Notes: generated from the sequence alone by a model not told the origin. A DNA stretch of 64,000 nucleotides from Alphaproteobacteria bacterium (GCA_965225945.1 CBDDBZ010000039.1:128001-192000), one strand, 5' to 3'. Shown: positions 1 through 10,811, counted from the stretch's first letter. Translations and numbers: made by a program.

Positions 1-627
1 CACTCGATCCCGCTCCGCCCCAATCGCGTGCATCCGCTGAGCCGGGTCGATCACAACAACAACGTCGGCATCCACGCGCCGGAGATCCAATACGCCTTCG
101 AGCCCGAGGGCGAGTGGATCGACATCACCACGGTGCACAAGGGCGGTCTCTTCGGCACCGACTACCGGATGCTGTTCCCGGGCGACGGGATCGACGGGAT
201 CAAGCGCTTCTTCCTCGACGTCTTGCTGCAGCACGGACGGCGCGGCCTCGCCTGCCAGCCGGCGATCGTCGGCATCGGCCTCGGCGGCGGCAAGGACACC
301 TGCATGCGGCTCGGCAAAGAGGCGGCGTGCCTCAGGATCGTGGGCGAGCCCAACCCGGACCCCGAGATCGCGGCGCTGGAGGCGGAACTGTGCGTGCTCG
401 GCAACGAGATCGGCCTCGGGCCGATGGGCTATGCCGGCCGCTCCATGGTGATCGATTGCCATATCGAGGTCGGCTTCACCCATACCGGCGCGATGCCGAT
501 AAGCATGCACAGCTTCTGCCTCTCCTCGCGCCGGGCGACGGCCAGGCTCCATCCCTCGGGCGCGGCGGAGTATCGAACCGATCCCCGATGGTTCACGCCG
601 TTCTACCGGCGGGAGGGCGTCGAATGA
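1..627 (+). CDS. Fe-S hydro-lyase (fumarate hydratase/tartrate dehydratase) alpha subunit, 5' end outside window
   Basis: Motifs KGG, ACQPAIVGIGLGG, GLGPMG and THTGAMP..C..RR typical of the TtdA/FumA N-terminal family; stop overlaps next ATG (ATGA 624-627). Confidence 0.85.
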   Translation, partial: HSIPLRPNRVHPLSRVDHNNNVGIHAPEIQYAFEPEGEWIDITTVHKGGLFGTDYRMLFPGDGIDGIKRFFLDVLLQHGRRGLACQPAIVGIGLGGGKDTCMRLGKEAACLRIVGEPNPDPEIAALEAELCVLGNEIGLGPMGYAGRSMVIDCHIEVGFTHTGAMPISMHSFCLSSRRATARLHPSGAAEYRTDPRWFTPFYRREGVE

Positions 628-1292
628 GCGGGCTGCGCGAGGTCCGGCTGGAGACGCCGATCACCGACGAGGACGTGGGCGGGCTGCGCCAGGGCGACAT
701 CGTCTATCTCGACGGTACCATCTACACGGCCAGGGAAGGCACCTACAAGCGGGTGGTGGAGGAGGGCGTGGCGCTACCGGTCGATCTCGCTGGCTTCTCC
801 AACGTCAACTTCCATTGCTCGCCCGCGGCCAGCGTCGGGGCCGACGGCGGCTATTCCGTCGGCGCGGTGACGGCGACCGCGAGCTTCCGCTTCGCCAAAT
901 GGATCTAGGGCTGGTTCGACGCGGTCAGCACCCGGATGATCATCGGCAAGTCGGGCATGTCGGAACAGATCTACCGCGACGTCTTCGTGCCGCGCGGCGC
1001 CGTCTACTTGACCACGGTCGGCTACGGCACCGGCGCGCTTCTGGGCCGCGGCATCCGCGAGGTGGTGGATACGGTCTGGCTCGACGAGTTGGGCATCGCG
1101 CAGGCCATCTGGATCTTCCGGGTGGCAAACTTCGGCCCCTTCATCGTCGACAGCGACCAGCAAGGCACCAGCCTCTTCGCCAAGTCGAACCGGGAAATCG
1201 AGAGCCGCATCGAGAGCCTCTACGACGGCCTGGCGCCCCCCATCCTCTCGCGCTACGGCGAGAAGACGGAGCGCGACGACGAGGTGATCTGA
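624..1292 (+). pseudogene. Fe-S hydro-lyase beta subunit with in-frame TAG at 906-908
   Basis: ORFs 624-908 (LRQGDIVYLDGTIYTARE) and 936-1292 (IIGKSGM..LGIAQAIW..FGPFIV) are in the same frame, separated only by TAG. Confidence 0.8.
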
Positions 1293-1772
1293 AGCGCGCG
1301 CCAGCTTCGTCATCGCGGTGACGTCAAAATTGCAACGCTTCCGACGGGCCACCGGTGGTAGGCTGGCATTAAGCGCCTCTCTCAAGTATGGTTCGCCGCC
1401 GTCGAGTGAGATCCGATTTGGGCGATCATGCTACGATGTGCGCTGATCGTGCCGTATCGGGAGTCTTTCGGACTGGAGGTCATTGAATTTCATGATTGAT
1501 CGCGATGCCGGGCGAGGCGAGACCTTCAAGCTCTTCTTCATTCCTTGCCTATCCGGTTATCACCCACACCCACTATATGTAGTGTGCACCCATTTTCCTG
1601 AGTAAAGCTCGGTGCAGGTCGAAGCGGAGATATCTCCGGCGATGCCGAGCAGGGACTCGGACGGCATTGTAGCGCCTTTTAGGCGACACTTTAGCGTGGT
1701 GGAAATCCTAATCATTGAGTCGGATTTGGCAAAACGCCACGTTGCATAAAGGACCGTCACTTCATTGAAATT

Positions 1773-2797
1773 GGCTCAATTCGTGAATTGTATGCATTAG
1801 TGATAGAGTGCCTGGAACGTCAGGAGGTTGGGTTATGGACGGCAAGGGTTTCCAGGTGTGGCTTTCGGCGGCGCGCGGGCTGACGCGCGCGCAGCGGCGC
1901 GAGGCGCTCGCGGTGCTGTCGGGCCGGAGCGAGGGCGAGGCATCGAAGGCCGCGATCGAGCTTGGTGTGGACGAGGCCCGGCGCTGTCCGCACTGCGCGA
2001 GCGAAGGGGCGGTTTCGCGCGGTATGGCGCGGGGTCTGCGGCGCTACCAGTGCAAGGGCTGCGGCAGGACCTTCAACGCGCTGAGCGGTACGCCGCTGTC
2101 GGGCTTGCACCACAAGGAACGCTGGCTGTCGTTCGGGGCGTCGCTGGCGAAGGGGGAGACGGTGAAGGCCTCGGCGGCGCGCTGCGACGTGGCGGTGAGC
2201 ACGGCGTTCCGCTGGCGTCACCGGTTTCTGGCGGCGGCGCGGAGCGATTCGGAGGTGCTCAAGGGGATCGTGGAAGCGGACGAGACCTACGTCCTGGAGA
2301 GCCGGAAGGGCGCGCGCGGGCTGGGGCGCAAGGCACGGCGGCGGGGCGGCAAGGCGAAGAAGCGCGGCCTCTCGCGCGAGCAGGTACCGGTTCTCATGGC
2401 GGCGGACCGGAGCGGAACGACGGTCAGCGCGGTGCTGCCCAGGGTCGATGCGGCGGCGCTCACGGCTGCCCTCGACCCGGTGGTCGCGAAGGACGCCCTG
2501 CTGGTCTCCGACGGCGGCGCGAGCTACCCACCGTGCGCCGCCGCGCTCGGGGTGAGCCACGAAGCACTCAACCGCTCGATGGGGGAACGGGTTCGGGGCG
2601 ATCTGCATGTGCAGACGGTGAACAGCCGCCACAGCCGGTTGAAGGACTTCCTGCGTCCCCGCCGCGGCATCGCCACCCGCTATCTGGACAACTACCTGAG
2701 CTGGTTCCACCTCGTCGGCCTCGCCCCCGGCGCCAATGACCGAGCCTGCCTCGCCGCCGCCGTAACAAGGTGACGCATACAATTCACGAATTGAGCC
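1773..2797 (+). mobile_element. IS1595-family insertion sequence (1025 bp), nested
   Basis: 23-bp perfect IRs GGCTCAATTCGTGAATTGTATGC (1773-1795, 2775-2797); 8-bp TSD TTGAAATT (1765-1772, 2798-2805). Confidence 0.93.
1835..2773 (+). CDS. IS1595-family transposase
   Basis: Zn ribbon CPHC..CKGC, HTH, EADETY, SDG and HVQTVNSRHSRLK..GIATRYLDNYL motifs; AGGAGG upstream. Confidence 0.93.
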   Translation: MDGKGFQVWLSAARGLTRAQRREALAVLSGRSEGEASKAAIELGVDEARRCPHCASEGAVSRGMARGLRRYQCKGCGRTFNALSGTPLSGLHHKERWLSFGASLAKGETVKASAARCDVAVSTAFRWRHRFLAAARSDSEVLKGIVEADETYVLESRKGARGLGRKARRRGGKAKKRGLSREQVPVLMAADRSGTTVSAVLPRVDAAALTAALDPVVAKDALLVSDGGASYPPCAAALGVSHEALNRSMGERVRGDLHVQTVNSRHSRLKDFLRPRRGIATRYLDNYLSWFHLVGLAPGANDRACLAAAVTR

Positions 2798-2854
2798 TTG
2801 AAATTTATCTGAAATCGGAGGTGAACGACACCGATGGAATATTCCAGGAAATCA

Positions 2855-3161
2855 GAGCTTCATTGAATTGTAGGATTCGAGTGCCGGATTATTCACAAAT
2901 AGCTCTGTGAGCTGGTTTTCAAGTTCGCTCAATACGTCATATGAAGTAAACGGATTGAGGATCACGTTCTTGCGTGTCAGCTTCGTCTTCGCTGCGACTC
3001 AAAACGCGCAGGAGACTAACAGGCGCGGACGGGTTCTTCGCAACGATTCGTGCCAGCGCGTCGCTTTCTTCGACTAGTGCCGTCAATCGCTCAGACGATG
3101 TCGTTTCATCAGCAGCTTCCCGTCTGGCCGTGGGTTTCTTCGTTTTTCCCTTGGTCGCCAC
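2855..3161 (-). pseudogene. Frameshifted LRV/HEAT-like repeat protein (passenger of the outer element)
   Basis: ORF 2937-3161 has ARIVAKNPSAPVSLLRVLS; an alternative frame continues TRKNVILNPFTSYDVLSEL..LFVNNPAL, resembling NP-containing LRV repeats. Confidence 0.5.
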
Positions 3162-5128
3162 CGTTCCGTCCCCCGATGTTAAGTACGTGACGTGAATTAA
3201 ACTCCGGTTCGGTTTTCAGAACAATCAAGAATTAGCCGGATCGCCTCCTCAATGCGCCTGCGCCGGCCCTTGCCTGCAGTCCAAGGAGACACACTACATA
3301 TAGTGGGTGTGGGTGATAACCGGATAGGCAAGCTTCATTCAGCCCTCTCATTATGATGACGATGGTTATGTCATCCAGTGGCTGCGCTCGGAGATTCCCT
3401 CGAATTCGATGGCCCTGATGAACGGCATCGTGCTGGACTGCATCCAACACCGAGTGTTGGGCGAGGATGTCGAGATCGAAGTGAGCGCCAGCGACGAGAC
3501 CAACACGCGGATCAAGCCCTCCGATATCATCGAGGAAATCAGGCGAGGCGGCGGGAAGGGGCTGGTGGCGCTCGTCGGTGTGCAGTCGAATCAGTTTCCC
3601 CGTGCCCTCGACATCTCGAGACCGCTCAGAGAGGCCGGAATTCCGGTCTGTATCGGAGGCTTCCACGTCAGCGGCTGCCTGGCCATGCTGCCGGACATTC
3701 CCGTCGATATCCGCGACGCCATGGACCTCGGCATCTCGATCTTCGCCGGCGAGGCCGAGGGCCGTTTCGACGAGGTGCTCCGGGACGCCCACGCGGGCCG
3801 GCTGAAGCCGTTGTACAACTACATGACGGCTCTCCCCAATCTGGACGGCGCGCCGATCCCGATTCTGCCGCGTGGCAGCATCGAGCGCACGGTCGACGCC
3901 TTCACCAGCTTCGATTCGGGCCGCGGCTGCCCCTTCCAGTGCAGTTTCTGCACGATCATCAACCTGCAGGGCCGCAAGTCGCGTTACCGCAGCGCCGACG
4001 ACGTCGAGCGAATTATCCGGCAGAACAACGCCCAGGGCATCCGCAAGTTCTTCATCACCGACGACAACTTCGCCCGCAACTCGAACTGGGAGGCGATCTT
4101 CGATCGTCTCATCAAGCTGCGAGAGGTGGACGGTATCAAACTGAAACTGATCATCCAGGTCGACACCCTCTGCCACCGGATCGAGGGGTTCATCGAGAAG
4201 GCGGCGCGCGCGGGCACGAATCGGGTCTTCATCGGTCTTGAGAACATCAATCCGGAGAACCTGTTGGTGGCGCAAAAGCGGCAGAACCGGATCACCGAAT
4301 ATCGCGAGATGCTGCAGGCATGGAAGCAGGCCGGCGTCATGACCTATTGCGGCTACATCGTGGGTTTCCCCGGGGACACGCCCGAACGGGTTCTCAATGA
4401 TATCGAGATCCTCAAGCGCGAACTTCCCATACACTTGCTGGAGTTCTTCTGCCTGACCCCGCTGCCCGGCTCGCAGGATCACAAGGAGCTCGCGGCCAAG
4501 GGCGTGGCGATGGAGCCGGACATGAACAAGTATGACCTGGAGCACGTCTGTACGGCGCACCCGAAGATGAGCGCGCAAGAATTCCAAGAGCTCTATGAGC
4601 GTGCCTGGGACACCTTCTATACGGACGAGCACGTCGAGGCGATCATTCGCCGCGCGGTGGCCTCGGGGATGCGGCCGGGCCCGGTGAAGACGGCGCTCCT
4701 GGAATTTTATGGCTGTCAACGTATCGAACGGGTGCATCCGTTGCAGGGCGGCCTGTTCCGCCGCAAGTATCGGCGGGATCGGCGCTCCGACATGGCGCTG
4801 GAGAGCCCACTGGTCTTCTACCCCCGCTACCTCGGCGAGACGATCCTCAAAGTCACCCGTTTCTGGCTTCTGAAACGACGCTACGACCGCATTCTCGCCC
4901 GAGTCTTGGCAGACCCGGAAAGGGCGCGCTACACCGATTTGTCGATTTCGCCGGTGGTGGCGGAGGAGTTGGACGAGCTCGAGCTCTTTTCCAACTCCGA
5001 CTCGGCCAAGGCCGCCGTCGCAAAGGCACGCCGGCAGCAGCAAATGAGTGCCGCGCACGCCGCCCCGCCCCTCCAAGTCAGCCAGGCATCGTAACCTCGC
5101 GCCTGGTCGGGAGCAGGGAGGCCGGCGC

Positions 5129-6118
5129 TTACCCCGCCCGCATCTCCGCCCACGTCGCGCGCATCCATTCGGTGCAGGCGATGGCCTGCTCGAAGAGGGA
5201 ATAGCCGCAGCCCTCGCCGTAATCGAGATTGGGGATGAACTCGGTGGAGATCTGACCCAGTTGCCCGCTCGCGTCCGCCGCGTGATGGCGCAGCAGGCTA
5301 CGGACCACTTGCTTCCACGGCTCCAGCGCCTCTTCCCGCCACGCGGCGTGGTATTCGCCCGGTTTCGGCCGGACGAAGGGATACTGGATGCCGCGGCCGG
5401 GCTTGCCGTCCTCGCCATGTGCCGCGGTGTTCTTCGGATTGGCGGGGATCGCCGCGCGGGCATGGCAGTGACGCACCCAGCCGGCGTCGATCCAGATGTT
5501 GGTGACGTTTCCTGGCCGGAAGGGGTCGAGCACCAATTCACCCGTCTCGACCGCCGGGCGGATGTTCAGGACTTCCTGTTCTTCCGGATTGTCGATCTTG
5601 AAGATCACGTGGCTGTGGTCGAGCGTCAGGTGAAAATCGACGCCCCTGGCCTCGATGGCGCGAGCGACCGTGGCGACCCGGCGGAAGTCCTCGCTCCACA
5701 TGTTGACGTGGACCTCGAAGCAGGGAGCCACGCCATATTCCTCGCCCCACTCGGCGGCGGCCAGGTAGAACTCGACGACCTCCCGGTCGCTCACCAGGTG
5801 GCCGTCCTCGTGGTGCATCATCACCTGGGTGTTGTGGACCAGCGAGCCGAGCTCCTTGCCCAGCGCGAGGTTCGATTTCAGCAGCGCTTCGTCGCGCCCG
5901 AGGGTGTAGAACCAACCGCCGGCGCGGATCGGCAGATCGTATTTCGCGCTCGCCGCCAGAAACTGTTGCACCTCGTCCGGCGCCGGAGTCTTGTCGACAT
6001 AGTCGAACACGCCGGCGTCCCGGACCATGCGGAAGCGGGTGTCGATGTCGGGCATGGGAGCGTCGTGGCCATGCTTGATGCCGTTGGTCTGGATACCGAA
6101 TTTCAGCTCGTCCGCCAT
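5129..6118 (-). CDS. Xylose isomerase-like TIM barrel (sugar phosphate isomerase/epimerase family) protein
   Basis: ATG at 6118 with GGAG RBS; FEVHVNMWSE, TLDHSH and STEFIP metal-ligand-like motifs. Confidence 0.7.
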   Translation of the reverse strand: MADELKFGIQTNGIKHGHDAPMPDIDTRFRMVRDAGVFDYVDKTPAPDEVQQFLAASAKYDLPIRAGGWFYTLGRDEALLKSNLALGKELGSLVHNTQVMMHHEDGHLVSDREVVEFYLAAAEWGEEYGVAPCFEVHVNMWSEDFRRVATVARAIEARGVDFHLTLDHSHVIFKIDNPEEQEVLNIRPAVETGELVLDPFRPGNVTNIWIDAGWVRHCHARAAIPANPKNTAAHGEDGKPGRGIQYPFVRPKPGEYHAAWREEALEPWKQVVRSLLRHHAADASGQLGQISTEFIPNLDYGEGCGYSLFEQAIACTEWMRATWAEMRAG

Positions 6119-6183
6119 GTGGCACTGCTCCCCGGGTCGAAGTCTATATCGGTTGCGGCCGGGCACGCTATGGCGACGTCGGC

Positions 6184-7533
6184 TCACTCGTCGCGGGCGC
6201 GCTGGATGAATTCCTCCAGCCAGTGGATGTGATAATCGCCGTCGATGAAGCCGCCATCGCCCATCAGCGCGAGATGAAGCGGGATATTGCTCTCGATCCC
6301 GCCGACGACGAATTCGTCGAGGGCGCCGCGCAGGCGCATCAGGCATTCGTTTCGGTTGCGGCCTTGCACCACCAGTTTGGCGATCAGGCTATCGTAGTGC
6401 GGCGGCACCTCGTAGCCGGCGAAGAGCGCCGAATCCACCCGCACGCCCAGCCCCCCCGGCGGGTGATATTCGGTGAGCCGGCCCGGCGAGGGCGCGAGGC
6501 TCCAGGGCGCCTCGGCGTTGATGCGGCATTCCACGGCATGGCCCGAGAGTACGATTTCGTCCTGCACCAGGTCCAGGACGCCGCTCTCGGCGATGCGCAA
6601 CTGCTCGCGCACCAGATCGATGCCGGTCACCGCCTCGGTCACCGGATGCTCGACCTGGAGGCGCGTGTTCATCTCGATGAAATAAAATTCGCCGTTGTCG
6701 TAAAGGAACTCCACCGTGCCGGCGCCCCGGTATCCGATCGGGCCGAGCGCCGCCACCACCAGCGCGCCGATCCGCTCGCGGGCGTCGGCGTCGAGCGCGG
6801 GGGAAGGCGATTCTTCCAAGACCTTCTGATGGCGGCGCTGCAGCGAACAGTCGCGCTCGCCCAGATGGACGACATGGCCCCGGCCATCGCCCAGCACCTG
6901 CACTTCGATGTGGCGGGGCCGCTCCAGGTAGCGCTCCAGGTAGAGGGTGTCGTCGCCGAAGGCGGCCAGCGCCTCGGCCCGCGTGGCGGCGAAGGCGCCA
7001 TCCAGCGCGTCGGGCCCGCGCACCACCTTCATGGCGCGCCCGCCGCCGCCGGCCGCCGGCTTCAGCAGCAGCGGATAGCCGATCCGCCCCGCCTCGGTCC
7101 GGGCCTGGTGGGCATCGCGGACCGGACCGTCGCTTCCGGGCACCACCGCGAGGCCGAGGGCGGCGATGCTCCGCTTGGCCGCCACCTTGTCGCCCATCAG
7201 CCGGATGTGCTCGGGCGTCGGGCCGATGAAGACGATCCCGTGCTCCTCGACGATCTCGGCGAAATTCGCGTTCTCGGAGAGGAAGCCATAGCCCGGATGG
7301 ATCGCCTCGGCGCCGGTGATCTCGGCGGCGGCGATGATCGCGGGAATGTTGAGGTAGCTGTCGCGGGCCGCCGGCGGGCCGATGCAGACGCTCTCGTCGG
7401 CGAGGCGGACGTGCATCGCGCGGGAATCGGCGGTCGAATGCACCGCCACCGTCTCGACGCCCATCTCGCGGCAGGCGCGATGGATGCGGAGCGCGATCTC
7501 GCCTCGATTGGCGATCAGGACCTTGGAGAACAC
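6184..7533 (-). CDS. accC: Acetyl-CoA carboxylase biotin carboxylase
   Basis: KVLIANRGEIA, HPGYGFLSENA, ERDCSLQRRHQK, EMNTRLQVEHPVTE. Confidence 0.96.
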   Translation of the reverse strand: MFSKVLIANRGEIALRIHRACREMGVETVAVHSTADSRAMHVRLADESVCIGPPAARDSYLNIPAIIAAAEITGAEAIHPGYGFLSENANFAEIVEEHGIVFIGPTPEHIRLMGDKVAAKRSIAALGLAVVPGSDGPVRDAHQARTEAGRIGYPLLLKPAAGGGGRAMKVVRGPDALDGAFAATRAEALAAFGDDTLYLERYLERPRHIEVQVLGDGRGHVVHLGERDCSLQRRHQKVLEESPSPALDADARERIGALVVAALGPIGYRGAGTVEFLYDNGEFYFIEMNTRLQVEHPVTEAVTGIDLVREQLRIAESGVLDLVQDEIVLSGHAVECRINAEAPWSLAPSPGRLTEYHPPGGLGVRVDSALFAGYEVPPHYDSLIAKLVVQGRNRNECLMRLRGALDEFVVGGIESNIPLHLALMGDGGFIDGDYHIHWLEEFIQRARDE

Positions 7534-7545
7534 CGCCGAGGGCGC

Positions 7546-7992
7546 CTATTCGATCACCACCAACACCTCGCCGAACTCCACCGGGCCGGCGTTCTCGACG
7601 AGGATGCGGACGATGGTGCCGTCATGGTGGGCGGGGATCTCGTTGAAGGTCTTCATCGCCTCGATCATCAACACGGTATCGCCCTTGGCCACGACATCGC
7701 CGAGTTCGACATAGGGCGCCGCCCCCGGCTCGGGCGCCCGGTAGACGATGCCGACCATGGGCGAGACCAGCGCGCCGGGATGGCCGTCGAAGAACTCCTC
7801 CGCCGGCGCGGCGGGCGTGGCCGGCGAATTCACCCCGGCGACCGCCGGCGCCTGGGCCACCGTCTGCGTCCGGGGCCGCGCGACCCGAATCCGGCGATCG
7901 TTCTCCTGCACCTCGATCTCAGCCAGGCCGGTCTCCTCCAACAGCGCCGCGAGCTCGCGGATCAGTTCGCGATCGACGTCGAACTTGCCCAT
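7546..7992 (-). CDS. accB: Biotin carboxyl carrier protein
   Basis: SPMVG and EAMK biotinylation motif; directly upstream of accC. Confidence 0.96.
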   Translation of the reverse strand: MGKFDVDRELIRELAALLEETGLAEIEVQENDRRIRVARPRTQTVAQAPAVAGVNSPATPAAPAEEFFDGHPGALVSPMVGIVYRAPEPGAAPYVELGDVVAKGDTVLMIEAMKTFNEIPAHHDGTIVRILVENAGPVEFGEVLVVIE

Positions 7993-8009
7993 GCGCGCGC
8001 CGCTCCCTT

Positions 8010-8030
8010 CTAGTGGGTTCTATCCACTAG
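8010..8030. repeat. 21-bp CTAG-flanked palindrome, copy 1
   Basis: CTAGTGGGTTCTATCCACTAG; contains the aroQ stop codon. Confidence 0.8.
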
Positions 8031-8473
8031 GTATCCACACTCGCGACCGCTTCCGCCGCCGCCTCTATCGCCGCCAGATAGCCGCGCGCGCCGAAGCCGC
8101 AGATGACGCCCCGGGCGAGCGGGCTGACATAGGAATGATGACGGAACGCCTCGCGCTGGTAAACGTTGGAAAGATGAACCTCCCAGCACGGCAGGTCCGA
8201 GGCGCGAATGGCGTCGTGGATCGCGACCGAGGTATGGGTGAAGGCGGCGGGGTTGATGATCAGCGCCGCCGCCGTGCCGCGCCCTTGCTGGATCCAGGTC
8301 ACCAGCTCGCCCTCGTGGTTGGACTGTCGGAAATCCACCTCGAGGCCGAGGGCGGCACCCCGCTCGCGGCACATCGCCTCGATCTCGGCCAGCGTCAGGC
8401 TGCCGTAATGCTCCGGCTCGCGGGTGCCGAGCATGTTCAGGTTGGGACCGTTCAGCACCAATATCATCGCCAT
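8027..8473 (-). CDS. aroQ: Type II 3-dehydroquinate dehydratase
   Basis: [39 protein letters not shown]. Confidence 0.96.
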   Translation of the reverse strand: MAMILVLNGPNLNMLGTREPEHYGSLTLAEIEAMCRERGAALGLEVDFRQSNHEGELVTWIQQGRGTAAALIINPAAFTHTSVAIHDAIRASDLPCWEVHLSNVYQREAFRHHSYVSPLARGVICGFGARGYLAAIEAAAEAVASVDT

Positions 8474-8664
8474 GCCGAAGCCCCCTCCATGGCCTGCCGC
8501 CACGTCCGACCGATGTGAAACGCCACGTCGACCTTTATAATGGCACGAAGATGGGCGGGAAAGCCGGAATCGGCGTCTCGGGGCGCGTCGGCCCTTGTCA
8601 GCCACGGGGTGGGCACGCATTATCCCGCACCGTTCGAAATCGCGCGAGAGGGGACGTCGAGGCC

Positions 8665-9648
8665 ATGCAAGTGACGATCAACGGGGAAGCACGGCAATTC
8701 CCGACCCCCCTCTCGGTGGTGGAACTGCTCGCCTCGCTCGGCCTCGATGCCCGCAAGATCGCGCTGGAACGGAACCTGGAGATCGTGCCCCGCTCGAGCT
8801 ATGGCGAGGTCATGGTGGGGGACGGCGACCAGCTGGAAATCGTCCATTTCATCGGCGGCGGCGAAGTGCGCGCAGCTGAGGAGGATCCCTTCGTCGTCGC
8901 CGGACGCAAGCTCGAATCGCGCCTCATCGTCGGCACCGGCAAGTACAAGGATTTCGACGAAACCCGCCTGGCGATCGAGGCCTCCGGCGCCGAGATCGTC
9001 ACCGTGGCGGTGCGCCGGGTCAACATCACCGATCCGGGCCAGGAAATGCTGGTCGATTTCGTCGACCCCGAGAAGTACGTCTATCTGCCCAATACCGCCG
9101 GCTGCTACACCGCCGAGGAAGCGGTCCGCACGCTCCGCCTGGCGCGCGAGGCGGGCGGCTGGAACCTGGTCAAGCTCGAGGTGCTGGGCGACCAGAAGAC
9201 CCTCTATCCCGACATGCCGGAGACGCTCGTGGCGGCCCGAGAGCTCATCGCCGACGGCTTCGAGGTGATGGTCTATTGCTCCGACGATCCGATCCAGGCC
9301 AAGCAGTTGGAGGAGATCGGCTGCTGCGCGATCATGCCGCTGGCGGCCCCCATCGGCTCGGGTCTCGGCGTGCAGAACCCGGTACAGATCCGCATCATCG
9401 TCGAGAACGCGAGGGTGCCCGTGCTGGTCGATGCCGGGGTCGGCACCGCGTCGGATGCCACCGTCGCGATGGAGCTCGGCTGTGACGGCGTGTTGATGAA
9501 CACGGCGATCGCCGAGGCCAAGGATCCGATCCGGATGGCGGTGGCGATGAAGCACGCCATCATTTCCGGCCGCCTCGCCTATCTCGCCGGGCGCATGGCG
9601 CGCAAGCTGTACGCCGATCCCTCCTCGCCGCTGGCCGGCCTGATCTGA
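8665..9648 (+). CDS. thiG: ThiS-ThiG fusion (sulfur carrier plus thiazole synthase)
   Basis: N-terminal ThiS ([14 protein letters not shown]) runs without a stop into [17 protein letters not shown] and [10 protein letters not shown]. Confidence 0.92.
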   Translation: MQVTINGEARQFPTPLSVVELLASLGLDARKIALERNLEIVPRSSYGEVMVGDGDQLEIVHFIGGGEVRAAEEDPFVVAGRKLESRLIVGTGKYKDFDETRLAIEASGAEIVTVAVRRVNITDPGQEMLVDFVDPEKYVYLPNTAGCYTAEEAVRTLRLAREAGGWNLVKLEVLGDQKTLYPDMPETLVAARELIADGFEVMVYCSDDPIQAKQLEEIGCCAIMPLAAPIGSGLGVQNPVQIRIIVENARVPVLVDAGVGTASDATVAMELGCDGVLMNTAIAEAKDPIRMAVAMKHAIISGRLAYLAGRMARKLYADPSSPLAGLI

Positions 9649-9753
9649 TCGGCCTCTCCGGCTTAACCGTTTGTCGACAAATCCACCGCATGCTTTGACG
9701 GGAGGCAAAAGGACCGGCGAAAATTGCCGGCCCGCGAAGCGCGAGAAGGCCAT

Positions 9754-10707
9754 ATGACCGTCGATAGCGGCGCCGGTGCGCCATCGCTCCGCGTCCCCTT
9801 CGAAGCCGGCTTCTTCTCCCGCGCGCAGCGTGATCAGGCGGCGCGACCGGAGGCGGCCCCGAATCCTTCCGAGCGGGCCGAGCACGAGGCCGCCGCGCCG
9901 CCGGTGCGCCCGGTGGATCCGCCCGCCCGCGCGGCCGACGAGCAGACGCGCCGGGGCCCCGACTCGCGTTCGGGCCAGCTGCTCTCCTTCGATGCCATCG
10001 CCCAGCTCCAGGGCGAGGACGGTGACGGCGGCATCGGCCCGGGCGGCCTCGACGCGGCGGCACGGGCCGAGGTCCGCGAGCTGAGCGAGAGCGATCGCCG
10101 GGTTCGCGCCCATGAGCGGGCGCACGCGGCGGCGGGAGGTGCGCATGCGGGACTGCCGACCTTCAGCTTCGAGACCGGGCCCGACGGCCGGCGCTACGCC
10201 GTCGCCGGCGAGGTGGCGATCGACGTCAGTCCCGTCGCCGGCGACCCCCGGGCGACGATCGAGAAAGCCGATCAAGTCAAGCGCGCGGCGCTGGCGCCGG
10301 CGGAGCCCTCGCCACGAGACCGCCAGGTCGCCCGGGCCGCCGAGGCGCTCCGGCGCCGGGGCCAGATCGAGCTCGACGATCGGCGTGCCGCCGAAAGTAT
10401 CGGCGCACCGAAGGCCGCGGCCGAGGCGGGCATCGGCAACGGACCGACGAGACCCGCAGCCAGGGCCGACAATGGGCTGGGAAGTGCCGGCCGCAACGAA
10501 GTGGTATCGGGTCTTAGGGCGCCTGGTTCCGCCGAACCGCCGGAGCGGCTCCGAGCCTCGGGCGTCGCCACCGAAGCAGGGCGCCGCGACAGCGAGGAGC
10601 GCCGTGCGCCGGGCATCGATGCAGCCGGCGACGGCAACCCCGACGGCAGCCCGCTCGACGCGACCCCCCGCGCCCGCCCCGGTGCCGGCGTCGACCTGCG
10701 GATCTGA
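9754..10707 (+). CDS. SprA-related / putative metalloprotease (CJM1_0395-like) protein
   Basis: [43 protein letters not shown]. Confidence 0.8.
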   Translation: MTVDSGAGAPSLRVPFEAGFFSRAQRDQAARPEAAPNPSERAEHEAAAPPVRPVDPPARAADEQTRRGPDSRSGQLLSFDAIAQLQGEDGDGGIGPGGLDAAARAEVRELSESDRRVRAHERAHAAAGGAHAGLPTFSFETGPDGRRYAVAGEVAIDVSPVAGDPRATIEKADQVKRAALAPAEPSPRDRQVARAAEALRRRGQIELDDRRAAESIGAPKAAAEAGIGNGPTRPAARADNGLGSAGRNEVVSGLRAPGSAEPPERLRASGVATEAGRRDSEERRAPGIDAAGDGNPDGSPLDATPRARPGAGVDLRI

Positions 10708-10811
10708 GACCGGCGCGTCACCTCGAACAAGCAGGGCGGGAGAAGTGCGCGAAGGCAGTAAATTGCATTGCGTGTGTTCCAGCCGCCGATTCGCGTCAAA
10801 CCCGGAGCACT

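Larger units (their letters stand above)
1544..3332. mobile_element. Non-autonomous transposable element with perfect 43-bp terminal inverted repeats and 8-bp TSD, carrying a decayed passenger gene and a nested IS1595
   Basis: IRs 1544-1586 and 3290-3332 (CTTGCCTATCCGGTTATCACCCACACCCACTATATGTAGTGTG); TSD CTTCATTC at 1536-1543 and 3333-3340. Confidence 0.9.
1492..5094 (+). pseudogene. B12-binding-type radical SAM protein interrupted at codon ~18 by the element at 1544-3332; remainder is ORF 3409-5094
   Basis: Removing the insertion and one TSD gives MIDRDAGRGETFKLFFIQPSHYDDDGYVIQWLRSEIPSNSMALMNG; GGAGG at 1475-1479; CPFQCSFC and DDNF motifs. Confidence 0.85.
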
